Origin: the human T2T-CHM13v2.0 reference genome, Homo sapiens
Assembly (NCBI RefSeq): GCF_009914755.1
Contig: NC_060926.1
DNA: 64,000 nucleotides
Reading direction: 5' to 3' (one strand)
Of the stretch, positions 13,893 to 33,265 are shown one piece after another. The notes below the pieces were generated by a model, which saw nothing but the letters and a program-made list of their open reading frames with translations, was not told the DNA's origin and made no database searches. Positions within the stretch are counted from its first letter, which is position 1. The number at the start of each line of letters is the position of its first letter. The position numbers were made by a program, and so were the translations under genes.

Positions 13893-14658
13893 CAAAGAAA
13901 ATCAGTTCAGAAGATGGGAATGTGATAAACCTCATTTCTTTAAAAATCTTCAGATGCTTTTTAGAGTATGATTCTCCAGAGTTGCTGGTGATAATTTTTC
14001 AGTTTGCCTTCATCTTCAGCCTTCTTCTAATATTTGAGCTGGATGTTTACTCTTTCCTACATGAATTGGCTTTCCCTCTGACTTCGTTTGACACTGATGT
14101 CCTCTGGTTGTCTTTCGGGTTGTTCTTTCTGTATCCTTCACTGATTCTTTTTATTTAAGTGTAGCCAATCATTGACCATCTGTTGTTCTTGTTTTGCTAT
14201 TCCTGTCAGAGAGTGTCTATTTTCAAGATTTCAATAGCTGTCTATATATCTGGTCCTGGCTTCACTCCTTCATCTTCAAATACTGCTTGAAATCCTCCAA
14301 TTTGGGGGTTCTGCCTATTTCACACTCATTGGGTTCATAACTGAGCTCATTGCTTTGGAAGCAGCAATCTTCTTGGAACTTCTGTACTTTTGACAGGGGT
14401 CCCTTGATTCATTCATCCAGACTCAAAAAGAGTGATCTTTAAAATGCACTTCCTTCATTTTATTTTGGAGATTATCAGTGAAATCTCTGACCACTGAATG
14501 GATAATGTGGACACTAATATACTGTCATTCCAGAGAAGCCATGTGCCTAAAATTCTCCCCTGTGTCAGAGGGAGTTTGTGAGGCAGTCACATCAGGCCTG
14601 ATACTTTTCCAGTAACTGCCAGAGGAAATGGCATATGCGAGCGATGTGGCAGTCATAC

Positions 14659-16013
14659 TGTGTCCGGAATTGGTGGGTTCTTGGTCTCGCTGACTTCAAC
14701 AATGAAGCCGCGGACCCTTGCAGTGAGTGCTACAGTTGAAGATGGTGTATCTGGAGTTTGTTCCTTCAGATGTTCAGATGTGTCTGGAGTTTCTTCCTTC
14801 TGGTGGGTTCGTGGTCTCGCTGACTTCAGGAGTGAACCTGCAGACCTTCACAGTGAGTGTTACAACTCTTAAAGGCAGCGCATCTGGAGTTGTTCGTTTC
14901 TTCCCATGGGTTCATGGTCTCGCTGGCTTCAGGAGTGAAGCTGCAGGCCTTTGCAGTGAGTGTTACAGCTCATAAACGTGGCACAGACCCAAAGAGTGAG
15001 CAGCAGAAAAATTTATTGTGAAGAGTTAAAGACAAAGCTTCCACGGCAGGGGAGGGGACCCGAGTGGATTGCTGCTGCTGGCTGGGGCAGTCTGCTTTTA
15101 TTCCCTTATCTGGCCCCACCCACATCCTGCTGATTGGTCCATTTTACAGAGAGCTGATTGGTCCATTTTGACAGGGTGCTGATTGGTGTGTTTACAATCC
15201 CTGAGCTAGACACAGAGTGCTGACTGGTGTATTTACAATCCTCTAGCTAGACATAAAAGTTCTCCAAGTCCCCACTAGATTAATTAGACACAGAGCACTG
15301 ATTGGTGCATTTAAAAACCTTTTGCTAGACACAGAGTGCTGATTGGTGCATTTACAATCCTCCAGCTTGACATAAAACTTCTTCAAGACCCCACCAACTC
15401 AGGAGCCCAGCTGGCTTTGCTTAGTGGATCCAGCCAGCGGGGCAGGGGCAGAGCTGCTGCAAGTCCCACGCCGCATGCCTGCACTCCTCAGCCCTTGGGC
15501 AGTCAATGGGACGGCAGGGCGCGGTGCCCCTCAGGGAGGCTCTGCCCGCACGGGAGCTCACATGGCATAGGGGGGAGCTCAGGCATGGTGGGCTGCAGGT
15601 CCCAAGCCCTGCCCCAGTGGGAGGCGGCTGAGGCCCGGCGAGAATTTGGGCATGGTGCGGGCGGGCCGGCAGTGCTGGGGCACCCAGCAGCTGCTGGCCT
15701 GGGTGCTAAGCCCCTCACTGCCCTCGGCCAGTGGCTCCGGCCGGCTGCTCCAAGTGTAGGGCCCACGGAGCCTGCGCCCACCCGGAACTCGCACTGGCCC
15801 ATGAGCGCCACACGCAGCCCCGATTCCCGCCAGCGCCTCTCCCTCCACACCTCTCTGCAAGCAGAGGGAGCTGGCTCTGGCCTTGGCCAGCCCAGAGAGG
15901 GAGTCCCACAGTGCAGCGGCGGGCTGAAGGGCTCCTCAAGTGCGGCCAGTGGACGCTGAGGCCGAAGAGGCACTGAGAGCAAGCAAGGGCTGCCAGCACG
16001 CTGTCACCTTTCA
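14659..16013 (-). mobile_element. Solo LTR12 (ERV9) element
   Basis: Minus strand starts TGAAAGGTGACAGCGTGCTGGCAGCCC and ends CCACCAATTCCGGACACA; 4-bp TSD ATAC; tandem GCTGATTGG (CCAAT) repeats 15129-15350; U5 tandem repeats. Confidence 0.93.
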
Positions 16014-16720
16014 ATACCGCTGAACTACATGAGGTAATCAGAACTGTGGAAAAGGGCAAGAATTAAAGTACTAATTGTACAGATCAAGATGTTGCTTATC
16101 TTGCCATAGCTTTAGGATATCTGAAGAATGTGTTCATAGAAAATGAGACCCAAGTTAACTCCAAATAAGTTCTGAAAAGCATTCCCATTATAATAGTAAA
16201 GAATCATACTGAAACACTGTCACAAAACCAGTGACTCAAAACCCAAGCTGTCTGACGCTCAGCAATGGTACAATTGCAGTAGCCTGACCTATAAAAGTAC
16301 CCTCACCTAGAGGTTGTGGGTCCTATGGGACACTGATTTACCAAGATAGTGTCAGGATTAGCAGACATACTCCAATCTACTTGTTGGATGAATTAGGTTC
16401 AAAAATCAAAGAAAGGAAAAAAAACCCTTCTGTAAGGAAGTAGATGCAGATGGAAAGGCCAGATTAAAAACACTGGCTGAGCTCCAAGTTGTAAGTTTTC
16501 ATGGAATAGAACAAGAGCATGGTAATTAATTTGCAGTAAAAAATAAGTCACCAACAAGCAGGGTATTTCAAACAATAAAAATACAAACATGATCAAAAGA
16601 AAAGTAAACTTGCTGAGTAATTCTAACAAAGGGAGTTACTGCAGCCAGGAAATATGGAACATTTTAAATAGGTAAGAATAGCTCTAGAATATTAGAATAA
16701 TATTTCAGGGTCAAAGTTAA

Positions 16721-17035
<315 letters not shown>

Positions 17036-17709
17036 AAGTTGTTAGTTTTTAATCACGTATTTTAAACATTTTGGAGTTTACTCAAAAAATTCAGAGTTAA
17101 ACCCTGTAGGAAATGACTGAAAAGCTTCTGAAGTGGAAAAAAAAAAAGGAGAAAATTTTGAAATTGGTAAAAATTTAGTGACTAGAACATAGGAAAATGT
17201 GATTCAGTTAGACTGTCTTGAACGTTAGTCTCTGAGCATATAAATAATGTGCAAAGCATTATTTTCCAAATAAAACAAAGCAAGACCAACTAGGAAAAGG
17301 ATAATTCTCATGTAGAAATCAAATGAAAGCTTTAAAACCAAATACTCCTAACAAGAAAGTGTCGTGAAGTCATCCAGGTAAAGGAATGTAGGTCCAAAAA
17401 GCCCACTAAAGACCCTCAAATGTCTTTACTCATAATACTTAGTATATAGTCCAGTTAAAATTCCAGGGCAGAGCGCCTTCCTGGAGAGAGGCTTTATAAG
17501 CTTATATTTGGAAAGGTTAAAGATGATTTGAAATTGTGTCATCTATCAAAGGCAAACCAAGAGGCTTTGTCAAGAGGGTGAGCCTACACTGCAGAGAAAG
17601 TTTTTGAATTTGTTCCAGAAGAATGTTGTCCTATGCAATTAGTCCAAGGGATTAAGAACAGGTTTCCTAATACACTTTTAAAAACTTTTTATTATTAAAA
17701 AAGGATGCA

Positions 17710-18018
17710 GGCTGGGGGCGGTGGCTCACGCCTGTAATCCCAGCACTTTGGGAGGCCGAGGTGGGTGGATCACGAGGTCAGGAGATCGAGACCATCCTGG
17801 CTAACACGGTGAAACCCCGTCTCTAGTGAAAATACAAAAAATTAGCTGGGCGAGGTGGCGGGCGCCTGTCGTCCCAGCTACTCGGGAGGCTGAGGCAGGA
17901 GAATGGCATGAACCCCGGGGGGCGGAGCTTGCAGTGAGCCAAGATCACGCCACTGCACTCCAGCCTAGGTGAAAGAGCGAGACTCCGTCTCAAAAAAAAA
18001 AAAAAAAAAAAAAAAAAA
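17710..18018 (+). mobile_element. AluY
   Basis: GAGATCGAGACCATCCTGGCTAACACGG diagnostic; AA(G/A)ATGCAG TSD. Confidence 0.9.
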
Positions 18019-18642
18019 GAATGCAGTAAACCACACAAAACAAGTGTATAATGTAGTAAACCATTACAAGGTACTCTTGTAATCATTACCCGTATAAAGA
18101 AATGGAACACAGCCAGCTGCCCTAGAAGTCCTCATGTGCCTATCCCAGTCATACTCTGTCCCTGTTCCCATTATTACCTGAAAGTCCATCGTGTGGACTC
18201 CATAATTTAGTCTCAATAATAGAATTTGAAAGTCGATATCCCCATCTTTCCAAAAGGTCAGTAACTGGTGACAACCCTAGCACCCTAGTACCTTCCTTTG
18301 CTTCTACCCCAGACTTGTTTTTTAAGTTAAGTAAGTCTCCAGTCTCTGGAGATCCATCTTGAAACAGGCGGTCTTTCAACAATACTTTCTGCTGAGACAT
18401 TGTCTGGTTAGATCTGGAAAGGAACGCGTGGACCAATACATTCTATTGGTAGAAAAGGAGCATCGCACATGAAAGCTCTTCTCGGAGGAAGCCTCACTTA
18501 AGAAAAGTGAATCATACTACTAGGTGGCTTAATATACAAGACAGTATACCCAAATTAACTGTTTGCAAAATATGTTACAATCCTGAGACAACCCAGCTTG
18601 ATAGGATTCCCACTGGCCAAATCTGAGACAATCTAAGCATCA

Positions 18643-19093
<451 letters not shown>

Positions 19094-19368
19094 CTAATGT
19101 GTGATAATTATAGAAGGTGTGATGGAGTTATAAAATCATCAATGGACGTTGAAACAATGGGTGAAGCTTGATGATGAGCAGTGTGCATACACAGCATCTC
19201 CCTACACGTTACTTACATTTACAAAGGAGAGAACAGTAAATTCACAAGGCAGCTACCACCTTCACCAAATAAGCAAAGCTAATTTCACCAACGTGAGGAC
19301 AAACCAACATTATGCATCCTTCCCCCTCTTCCCGTATTGTCATACACTGAGAAGGATGCTGTATCACT

Positions 19369-20127
19369 TGACAAAGATACAGTTTTGCTTGGTCGAACTT
19401 TAGTCAGGCTTCTGAATCTTCTGCTAGGTCCATCTGTGTATTTTCTCGTAAAATCCAGTTTTAGCAAAGGACCCTGCCAAGTCACTTTAGCAAGGAACCC
19501 CCACATTATTGATATCTGATCATCTTCAGTGTGTGATCATATTCCTCATCTTCCACCATCTCCTGGGTGATGTCTGATCATTCTGGTCTCTCTTCAGCAA
19601 GAATCCTATTGGTTGCTTTAGCCAGAATCCCCCTCACCCCTGATGTTTACTCTTGGTAATTTTCCATCCATTGACCCCACCCTGCTCCTTGGCTATAAAT
19701 TCCCACTTGCCCATGCTGTATTCAGAGTTGAACCCAATCTGTCTCACCCACTGATTTGAGATCAGTCTCAAATCCATCTACCTGACTGACTAAAATTAAG
19801 AGTTTATAAAGTAGGGAAGGAATGTAACAACATTCAGGGAAACAGGAATTAGGGAGGAGTAAGGAAGAGGAGTTGGTCAACAGGAAGCAGGTAATTGCTT
19901 CACAATCATGATGGGTGAGGGGTCTGATGTTTCCTTGTTCAGATGCAGTCATCTGGTAAATTCCAATTCCTTGATGCTATCTGAGAGCCCTGATGGTTTA
20001 TTTCTTGAGAAAGGAACTCAGATAAGACAAATGTAACTTTTTCGTTTTAAGACTAGGAGGGCCAATTTCTATGTTTATTCAGAAAAACCATAAACATTAG
20101 TTCTATGGGACAATTGGGCCAGTTTCA
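19369..20127. mobile_element. Two old ERV1 (MER4-group) LTR fragments in opposite orientation; the left one is MER67-like
   Basis: TGACAAAGAT..ACTTTAGTCAGGCT..GTAAAATCCAGTTTTAGCAA on plus; TGAAACTGGCCCAATTGTCCCATAGAAC start on minus at 20127. Confidence 0.6.
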
Positions 20128-20949
20128 TAAACAATGCTACAATATCTGCAAAATTCACCTCCTGCAGAGTCTGAGATATCATTCAAATTCAGAGTTCTTT
20201 GAGTTTCTTGTTCCAGAGGAATTTACAGTTTGGAAGCTACATTCTCCCTAATATTAAAAATAGGGGTTGTGAAAATCTCTAATACTAGAGAGGTGAGTGC
20301 AAAACTTTTATCAGTATTGATATAAATATTCAAAGTCTTCATTATCATTATTATCATTCTTTATATTAGTTTCTAATTTCCTTCTTAATAAGAAGAGCCA
20401 AGACCCTTAATTTGGGGGAAATATTTATTATGTAATATTGAAGTAGATGATGGGTCACTTGTTAATATTGTAGAAGGATTTTATGTATCAAGCAAGAACA
20501 CAAGGGAGCTGTGATTCTGACTGCTAAGATTAAATTTTAAATATTTTCAGTTAGAAATTCTTCCTAAGAAACAGTACCTACAATTTAGAGTTTTGAAGTC
20601 TGGAACTCATATGTTCCCTGTCCCTGGATCCTGCTGCCTTCAATGTTGTGCTAAAGAGCAGTCATTTTCTAGGTCAACAATTCTGACCCTCTAGTTGTTA
20701 CATAATAAACCATCAGCCTCTGAATGTATTGGTCAGCATCTGTTCATTTGCTAATTATTTTAGAACATTAACTGGTTCTTGGCCAAATGCTGATCCTGAT
20801 AGACATTAGGCCAAATGTTGATCTGCACTCACCAGATCAACTCTGAGGATGCTTGTGAGTGCTGGAGGAACTATTTAAAATCACCCAGTCCAATGCCATC
20901 ATTTTGTTGTATGTGATGCTTTCATCTCCTACCCAAACCTGAAATGTGA

Positions 20950-23708
<2,759 letters not shown>

Positions 23709-24006
23709 TGATCAAGTCCCTTATTTCTTAAAAGTCTTCATTGGCTCCCTAATCATTTATAAGATAATGACTAAACTCCTTAGCATGTGCATAGACATAA
23801 TCTATTCTCTAATATTCCTTAATTCTTCCTGTAGTTCCCTCTTTGGTCCTCTTTCCTTTCACTGCAGGATCTACATCTTACTATTTACTTATCTATTTCC
23901 ACCATGGTAAACTTTTTAAGAGCAGAGAATTTTTTCAGATTACACTCCTATGGCTAGGATGTAGCGTGGTGCTTGGCATCCAATAAACAGAAACGCAGAA
24001 GAATGG

Positions 24007-24853
24007 TAATTAGCACTTAATTTTAATTAAAATCAACAGTTCAGGAGAAGATAAGATAGTGTTTAATATCAATTTCTGAGAAATCACATTTATATAAAAG
24101 AAATAAAACAGGCCAGCAGAAGTCCAAAAAAGATTCAGCTTACATTATTGCACTTGGATGAAATATGCTATTTAGAGTAGTATAATATTCAGGCCAGGCC
24201 AGGAGGAGAAAGAGAAAAATGGAGAGGACAAACCTCCAGGTAGTATTTATTCCGGATTCCAAACTCTCCTGCGGCCTAAACAGTATTTAGTCTATTGGAA
24301 ACATTCAGCAAGGTCTTTACAAAAATGACTGCAGTATCTTCAACACATTTGAGTTGCACTCATACTTCGTTCCAGTCATGTGCAAGTTTAATGCACAGCT
24401 CTACCTCACAAAACGGGATATCTATGACACCAGAACTTCCCTGTGCCCAAGGTCATGGACAGGAGGGGAAGGCAGTGAATTTCTACTTTATGCATATTTT
24501 AGGGAGCAATACTGTGGCTATCATTTACCCTTTTGAGCAATCTTGATTTTGGTCATTTATAATTAGAACATGAGAAAAAGTGACAGTGAATACAAATGAG
24601 TACTAACCGAATTCCTAGGCTGGTACTAGAAAATAAAATAAAAATTGTAAAAAAGTCCCTTGCCATGTTCACAAAGGTGGCAATAACTGTATATATAAGA
24701 AAAAGGCTGTAAACTTATAGAAAAGATAAACTCTGGCTTCTAAACAAATTACAAAATTGATTTTGCCTTTATCCTTGAGTGTAACACAGAAAAATGTAAA
24801 CCTGTAGACCTAGTTACCAAAAGACAATTATCCTTCTTAGCTCAGGTATGAAC
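24007..24853 (-). other. IDH1: IDH1 3'UTR with polyadenylation signals
   Basis: Follows TAA; minus-strand ATTAAA at 24022-24027 and AATAAA at 24246-24251; exact end approximate. Confidence 0.75.
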
Positions 24854-25024
<171 letters not shown>

Positions 25025-25414
25025 TTAAAATAGTATTCTATTTGTTTCTGGAAGAAAACGCATTCATGTTAGTAAGCTACAAAATCTATAGACAATGACT
25101 ATGTTCAGGGTTCCTGGGGCTGACCCAGGCTCAGTACTCAGGCTCTCTAGGCAACCGGCAGTAGAGACTCAGCCATACATACTCAGTTAGGTTTCTTGCT
25201 ATGTAGCTTTGGGGGTGAAATTATCATTGAGTTTCGGTTCAGACTAATGCTGCTGAGACCAAAATCATCACACTTCTTCCTCATTCTTAAACATAACAAA
25301 ACTTATTCAGGGCATAGCCAAACCTTTACCCACCTTCCCACAAACCGTTACATGTCCTTAAAAAAAGTTATAATGTTGTTATTTCTATCAGTGTCTTAAG
25401 AAAAACAAAAGACA

Positions 25415-26110
<696 letters not shown>

Positions 26111-26504
26111 AACACTGCAATCTTGTTGGAAATTTAAATTAAGAAATATGCAGTGACCAAGTATATCCCCATTATGGGGTATACTGACCCTACCTGGGAC
26201 CTCTGCAGATGCACTGGTTGAGATATGGAGACAATCCCCCCAGGATACTGGCTACTATGTTCTCAGAAAAATTCTCAGTAAACATATGGGCTGTCAAATA
26301 TTTGCCCAAATATTGGTTACAGATACTTAAGGGACTGTAATCAATTGCACACCTTAAACTTGTGCTGCTCACTTTTCTCATCAGTAAGTTAAAGAAAATA
26401 AAGGAGTAGAATAAAATAGCCTCTGAAGTATCTTTGTTTCTATTTGTCTATAATCTGCTTCTTAAAATTAAATAGAACCTTTTCGTTCAATGATTATCAA
26501 CTAG

Positions 26505-26737
26505 ATGGGATGTCAGCAAATTACAGCCCAGCACATGAACCAAATCGAGGCTGGTTTTGAACATAAAAGTTTGATTGGTACCAGCCACACCATTTGATTC
26601 TGTATTGTCTATGACTGCTTTCCTGCTACAATGGCAGAGGCAAAGTTGAATAGTTGTGTAGTTGCAAAAAGACTATATGTTCCACAAAGCCTAAAATGTT
26701 CACTATCTGACAATTTACAGATATCTGCTGACTCCTG
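26505..26737 (+). mobile_element. MER58A-like hAT-Charlie element
   Basis: GTCAGCAAATTACAGCCC..TATTGTCTATGACTGCTTTC..ACAAAGCCTAAAATGTTCACTATCTG..TGCTGACTCCTG. Confidence 0.75.
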
Positions 26738-26845
26738 AACTAGATGATGAATAACAATTTATATAATTCCAGAAAGCACCGATGCTCTGAGCCCAGTGAG
26801 GATAAGTGTTAATTTGACCATAGAAACTAGGGCATCTTATACTTA

Positions 26846-27121
<276 letters not shown>

Positions 27122-27516
27122 TTAGATACTAACCACATGGGCTAGAAGTTTTAGGAGAGTTAGAAATATTTTACCAAACAGAAACTTTAAAAAAACACAT
27201 TTTCATGGCATGGTACTAGTGTTTGAAACTTAAGGCATTTTCTAATTTGAAAAAGGTCACAATCTCTTCTATCTCTTGTCTGTATTGGTCTCCTTTTTCC
27301 AGGCTGTAATCTCTTTTTGAAGTGCTATCTTTGAAACTTGTTAAAAGGATCTATCCATGTGACTTTTAGATTTGTAGCCTTATGTGACATTTCACTGCAC
27401 CAGAGGTAAAGGAAAATGCTTGTTGATAACATTCCTCTCTGTAACCTATGTTCTCCCACAAAACAGAAAAGCAAATATTGTATATTTTAAGAAGCATATT
27501 CAAATAGATCTTACTA

Positions 27517-27954
<438 letters not shown>

Positions 27955-28999
27955 TCAGAGCCAATGGGTCTGGAAAGGCTGCATTTTCCCCTCACTTATT
28001 TCAGGGATACCTACTCCTTGATGGAGGGTTCAGGGTCCAACTGCCTACATTCCACTCTAGTTCTATGACTTCATAGCTACTGCGGCTCAGTTTTCTTATC
28101 TGTAAAATGGGAGTAATAACAGCACCTACTTCACTAGGTTGCTGTGGGATTAGATAAATATACATATATTCATAAATATATATGAATATATATTTATATT
28201 CCTTAGAATAGTACTGGACACAGAGCTCAATCTATTATTGTTATTCTTATGTGCAATGCTCTGCTGTTCTGGGGAAATAAAGATGGACGAGAGCTGTCTC
28301 TTAAGAACCCTCAAGCTGCTCATACACTTGCTGGGACTGGGAAGAGAAGGCAGGTAAACACAGGATCGGTTGGATCTAAGAACATCCCAGTTGCCCTTCC
28401 TCGCTCTCTTTCATACCCTCAGTACAACAGTTCTCTTCTGTGGTTTCTTATTGAAAGAACCACATTACAACTCTTATATCTATATAATTGATTTTCTTCT
28501 TTTCTCCATTTTTGCTACCTCCCAACATCACCTGTGAAGTTAATAATCAACCACGGAGTCATCACAAAGCAATAACACTCCTTCCTCTGTTGCATTCAGT
28601 ACAAATGATTGTGAGGATGTAGAGAAACAGAAGGATGGTAAGGAGAGTTGTGTAACTCATTTATCTGGCAAAAAGTTATCTTTAACCAGGTTGATCTACT
28701 GATTTTCAAACTGAGAGGAGATGTTTAACACTGATAAGAGACAGAAAAAGTAGTACTTCTTGGGAAAAACAAACATAATTAAAGTTAACAAACATTCATC
28801 TGGGGAGATTCAAGTTCATACAGCTACCAAGGGCAACTGAAACTGAAGGGCAACTTGGTGCTGAGGAAACCAGGCGCTGTGTTTCTGTTGATTTGGCCCT
28901 TACCCCATGCATGAAACTTCTCCTGGAATTTCTGTAAACAGCCCCTAGGGTTCTTTGCTCAATTGATTTGTGTGTAAGCTAAGCAGTAAACAAAAACAC

Positions 29000-29306
29000 T
29001 TTTTCTTTGTTGTTGTTGAGACAAGAGTCTTGCTCTGTTGCCCAGGCTGGAGTATAGTGGCGTGATCTCAGCTCACTGCAACCTCCGCTTCCCAGGCTCA
29101 AGAAATTCTCATGCTTTAGCCTCCTGAGTGCCAGGGACTATAGGCATGCGACCACACCTGGCTAATTTTTTTTTTTTTTTTTTTTGAAGTAGAGATGGGG
29201 TTTTGCTATGTTGGCCAGGCTGGTCTTGAACTCCTGGCCTCAAGTGATCCACTGCCTTGGCCTCTCAAAGTGCTAGGATTACAGGCGTGAGCCACTGTGC
29301 CCAGCC
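29000..29306 (-). mobile_element. AluJ-type element, IDH1 intron 7
   Basis: Reverse Alu with T-rich linker. Confidence 0.85.
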
Positions 29307-29768
29307 AAACACATTTGTTTTATATTCTACCAGAACAGCAGCTGGCAGAGGGACATGAGTAGGTCCTGCTGCCCAATAAATGAGCTTTGCAGGCACCAAA
29401 GCTTGGTTATGACATGATCAAGCTCCTCACTTTATCCCTCCTTGCCTGAGTGCCCTGGTTTTTTACATTTTCACCAAAGGACAAGGAGGGCAGGGAAAGG
29501 GAGTGATTTTCAGATCAGGTAGGCTTTAAAACTTCAAGGAGTGACACTGGAGCCAGGAGTGTCAATCCACTAATTTACTTCCCATGTGGTCTTGAGTAAA
29601 TCATTTCTCTAGTCTGAGCTTAATTTCCTTAGCTGTCAGGTAAGACGGTGGACCTGGAGGTTTAACATTCCAAGATTTTACAACAAAGGACTACAAAACT
29701 CCCCTTCCCAAATTAGAGAACTACCCTGGAATGACCCTGTTCCTACAGGCCAGGCTCCACCTCTGTAC

Positions 29769-29920
29769 CTTGGGCCACAGAGTCCGACTGCACGTCACCA
29801 TCATAGTTTTTACAGGCCCAGATGAAGCCTCCCTCTGATTTCATAGCTTGGGCCACCATGTCGTCGATGAGCCTATGCTCATACCAGATCTTTTGAGCTT
29901 CAAACTGGGACTTGTACTGC
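29769..29920 (-). CDS. IDH1: IDH1 exon 7 ([24 protein letters not shown]...[13 protein letters not shown])
   Basis: 152 nt; metal-binding D252, D275, D279 region. Confidence 0.97.
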
Positions 29921-30489
29921 CTGGGAAACAAAAGGTAAAAGAGAATAATAATAAAGAAAATTGATTTTGTTAGGGATATCATCTGCTTGTCCCAAACAGA
30001 AGACCGGACACACAAGAAGCAGCATATTTTAGTAGAAGTAGCAGAAACTCAGGAATCTGACAGACATTGGCTCAAATCCTAGCCCAATCATTTTCTAACT
30101 GTAAAACTCAATTTGACTATCTGTAGGAACAATTTTACCCACCTTGCAGGGAAGCCGTGAGAATTAAGTGAGACAGTAGAGTATCCCAATGACTACTTCA
30201 CTTTTCAGTTTTCATTATACTATAGATCAGATTCTTGAGATTCAGCTTATTTTTAAAATACATTTTTGAAAAGACTGTTCTACTTCTTGGTGTCATTCAG
30301 GAAACTAAAATATATTCCAGACAGTTTCTGGGCTTGGTATAGATGGGCAGCAGGAGGAGGAATCAAAATGCCTCAGGAACATTTTGGCCTGAACACTTGC
30401 ACCTAAAGGGAGTTATGCCAATCTTAAATATTAACACATGCTCACCTCCTGTGCTGTGGAAGCCAGTGTTGTTATAAACTTAGACTTAA

Positions 30490-30838
<349 letters not shown>

Positions 30839-31200
30839 AACAGAATTTTAAATTCTAACAATGGGCTTCAGAAAGAATGGAAATGGGTCTGACTTAGAAA
30901 CTCACACATGAAAAATTAGAACTTATCACTAACAGCGTACGTTTATTTAAACATTAAAGAACCTGGCTCTGAAAACAATTCATGTGGGGACCTTATTTAA
31001 GAACATGTTTATCTTATAAAAGCAAGTCAGAGTGGTTTTGTTTCACTCCTGCTAAACCTCAGTTTTGCCCTTATCTTTAAGAGACAGTGATGATTTTCAC
31101 TCAATTTACCCAGAATCATAGGGATAGGGAGATACATACTCTATATGCAAATGTCAGCTTACTTGAGAATAAAGAAAAAGTTAAAAAAGAACTATAGTTA

Positions 31201-31473
<273 letters not shown>

Positions 31474-31723
31474 CTACTTCTCAGCTCTCACATCTGAGAC
31501 TAGATTTCAGAAGTCCCAGACAGGTTTCCAACAAATTTCTGAGGCACATAATGAGAGAAAAGCCAGTTCTAGATAAGGACATTCTAACTTGTTTTGGAAG
31601 GACAGCAGAAATGAAAAAACATACAGTCTTTAAAATCCTGAAGATGCAGAAATGCCAAAAACTGATATGAACCAGAAATACATTTAAGAAAAGGCAAATA
31701 ATTTTGAAACTTCTTTTACATAC

Positions 31724-32143
31724 TGATATGGTTTGGATATTTGTCCCTTCCAAATCTCATGTTGAAATATGATTCCCAGTGTTGGAGGTGGGGCCCAGTG
31801 GGAGGAGACTGGAACATGGGGTTGGATCCCTTATGAATGGCTTAGGACCATCCCCTTTGGTGATTACGTGAGTTCTCGCTCAGTTAATTCACTTGAAATC
31901 TGGTTGTTTAAGAGTCTGGGACCTCCCCCTTCTCTTTCTCTTGTTCCCGCTCTTGCCATGTGATACACCTATTGTCTGTTTGCCTTCTGCCAAGATTGGA
32001 AGCTTCCTGAGGCCCTCACCAGGAACAGGTGTTGGAGCCAGGCTTGTACAGCCTGCAGAACCACGAGCCAATTAAACCTCTTTTCTTTATAACTTACGCA
32101 GCCTCAGGTATTTCTTTATAGCAACGCAAGAATGGACAAACAC
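31724..32143 (+). mobile_element. MST-type MaLR solo LTR, IDH1 intron 5
   Basis: TGATATGGTTTGGATATTTGTCCC..CAAATCTCATGTTGAAAT start; ..CCAATTAAACCTCTTTTCTTTATA..CTCAGGTATTTCTTTATAGCA end. Confidence 0.85.
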
Positions 32144-33058
32144 CCTACCTTTACAATTCCCAACATCTATTTTAAACTTTAGGGGTGTACTCAATCCTCA
32201 GTTATTGAGAAAAACTTAAATTTCAAATACTGAATGAAAATTCTTATAATCTCCTGGAGGATACTGAGCACTCCTACTGTAGTTGGTAGAAATAAGTAGA
32301 AATAATTATGCTACATGTAATCACTGTGTTTTACAACTATTATTGAACTTTGTTATTACTTAAAGATAGAACTTGAATCCATGCCAATGCTCAGGGTTAA
32401 CTTGGGTTCAGGGTGAAAGGTGCTGAAGCCTGCAGAACCAGATTCCAACAGATATTATTTGGAAGAGGCAAGAAAAACAAAAGGTAGGTGAGTGTTGGGT
32501 ATTTTTGTTTGTGTGAGTGCTTTCAACAACTTCAATAGTGAAGGAAAAGGGCCCACTAATTATTTCAACAACTTTTGGGTGGGATTTGCCATCAAAGGTA
32601 GCAGGGTAGCTGGGAAAGAAAAGGCAAAAAGCAAATGTTCTACTTTTTCACAGGATAAATACCCAGAAGGGCAAGAAGAAAACTTCAGCAAATATATAAG
32701 GAAACCTCTTCCAGATACAAGAGCCCTACCAGAGCAAAGGGCAGGATTATATGCTGGGTGATTTGAGAATATTAATATTTAATGTATATAATTCATGCAC
32801 AGCAGATTTCTGCCAACCTTCTCTCTGTGCTTTAAGATAAATGCATAATCATCTCCTTGTCTTTGCCTAAAGGCATTTCCAATTAAGTGGGTAACCCTTT
32901 TGTGCCTTTATTCATGCCACAGGAAGGTATGGAAGCAAATTACTTCTTTATGTCAAGTTTCGGGTTTTGCAAAAACACTGTAGATTCAGATTATATTTTT
33001 AGGCAGTCACATAACTAACAAAAAAAGCAATAAAAATATTATCTAAATCATTTGTTTA

Positions 33059-33265
<207 letters not shown>

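Noticed and set aside
15120-15360. Spaced short direct repeats superficially like a CRISPR array (also 14680-14970 and 8575-8870)
   Set aside because: Internal tandem repeats of LTR12 and the HERV-H leader; spacers are homologous, no cas genes, eukaryotic context
15336-16059. Several 80-207 aa ORFs
   Set aside because: All lie in the GC-rich U3 of LTR12
28163-28195. AT-rich inverted repeat ATATATTCATA..TATGAATATAT
   Set aside because: Low-complexity (TA)n-derived; expected by chance
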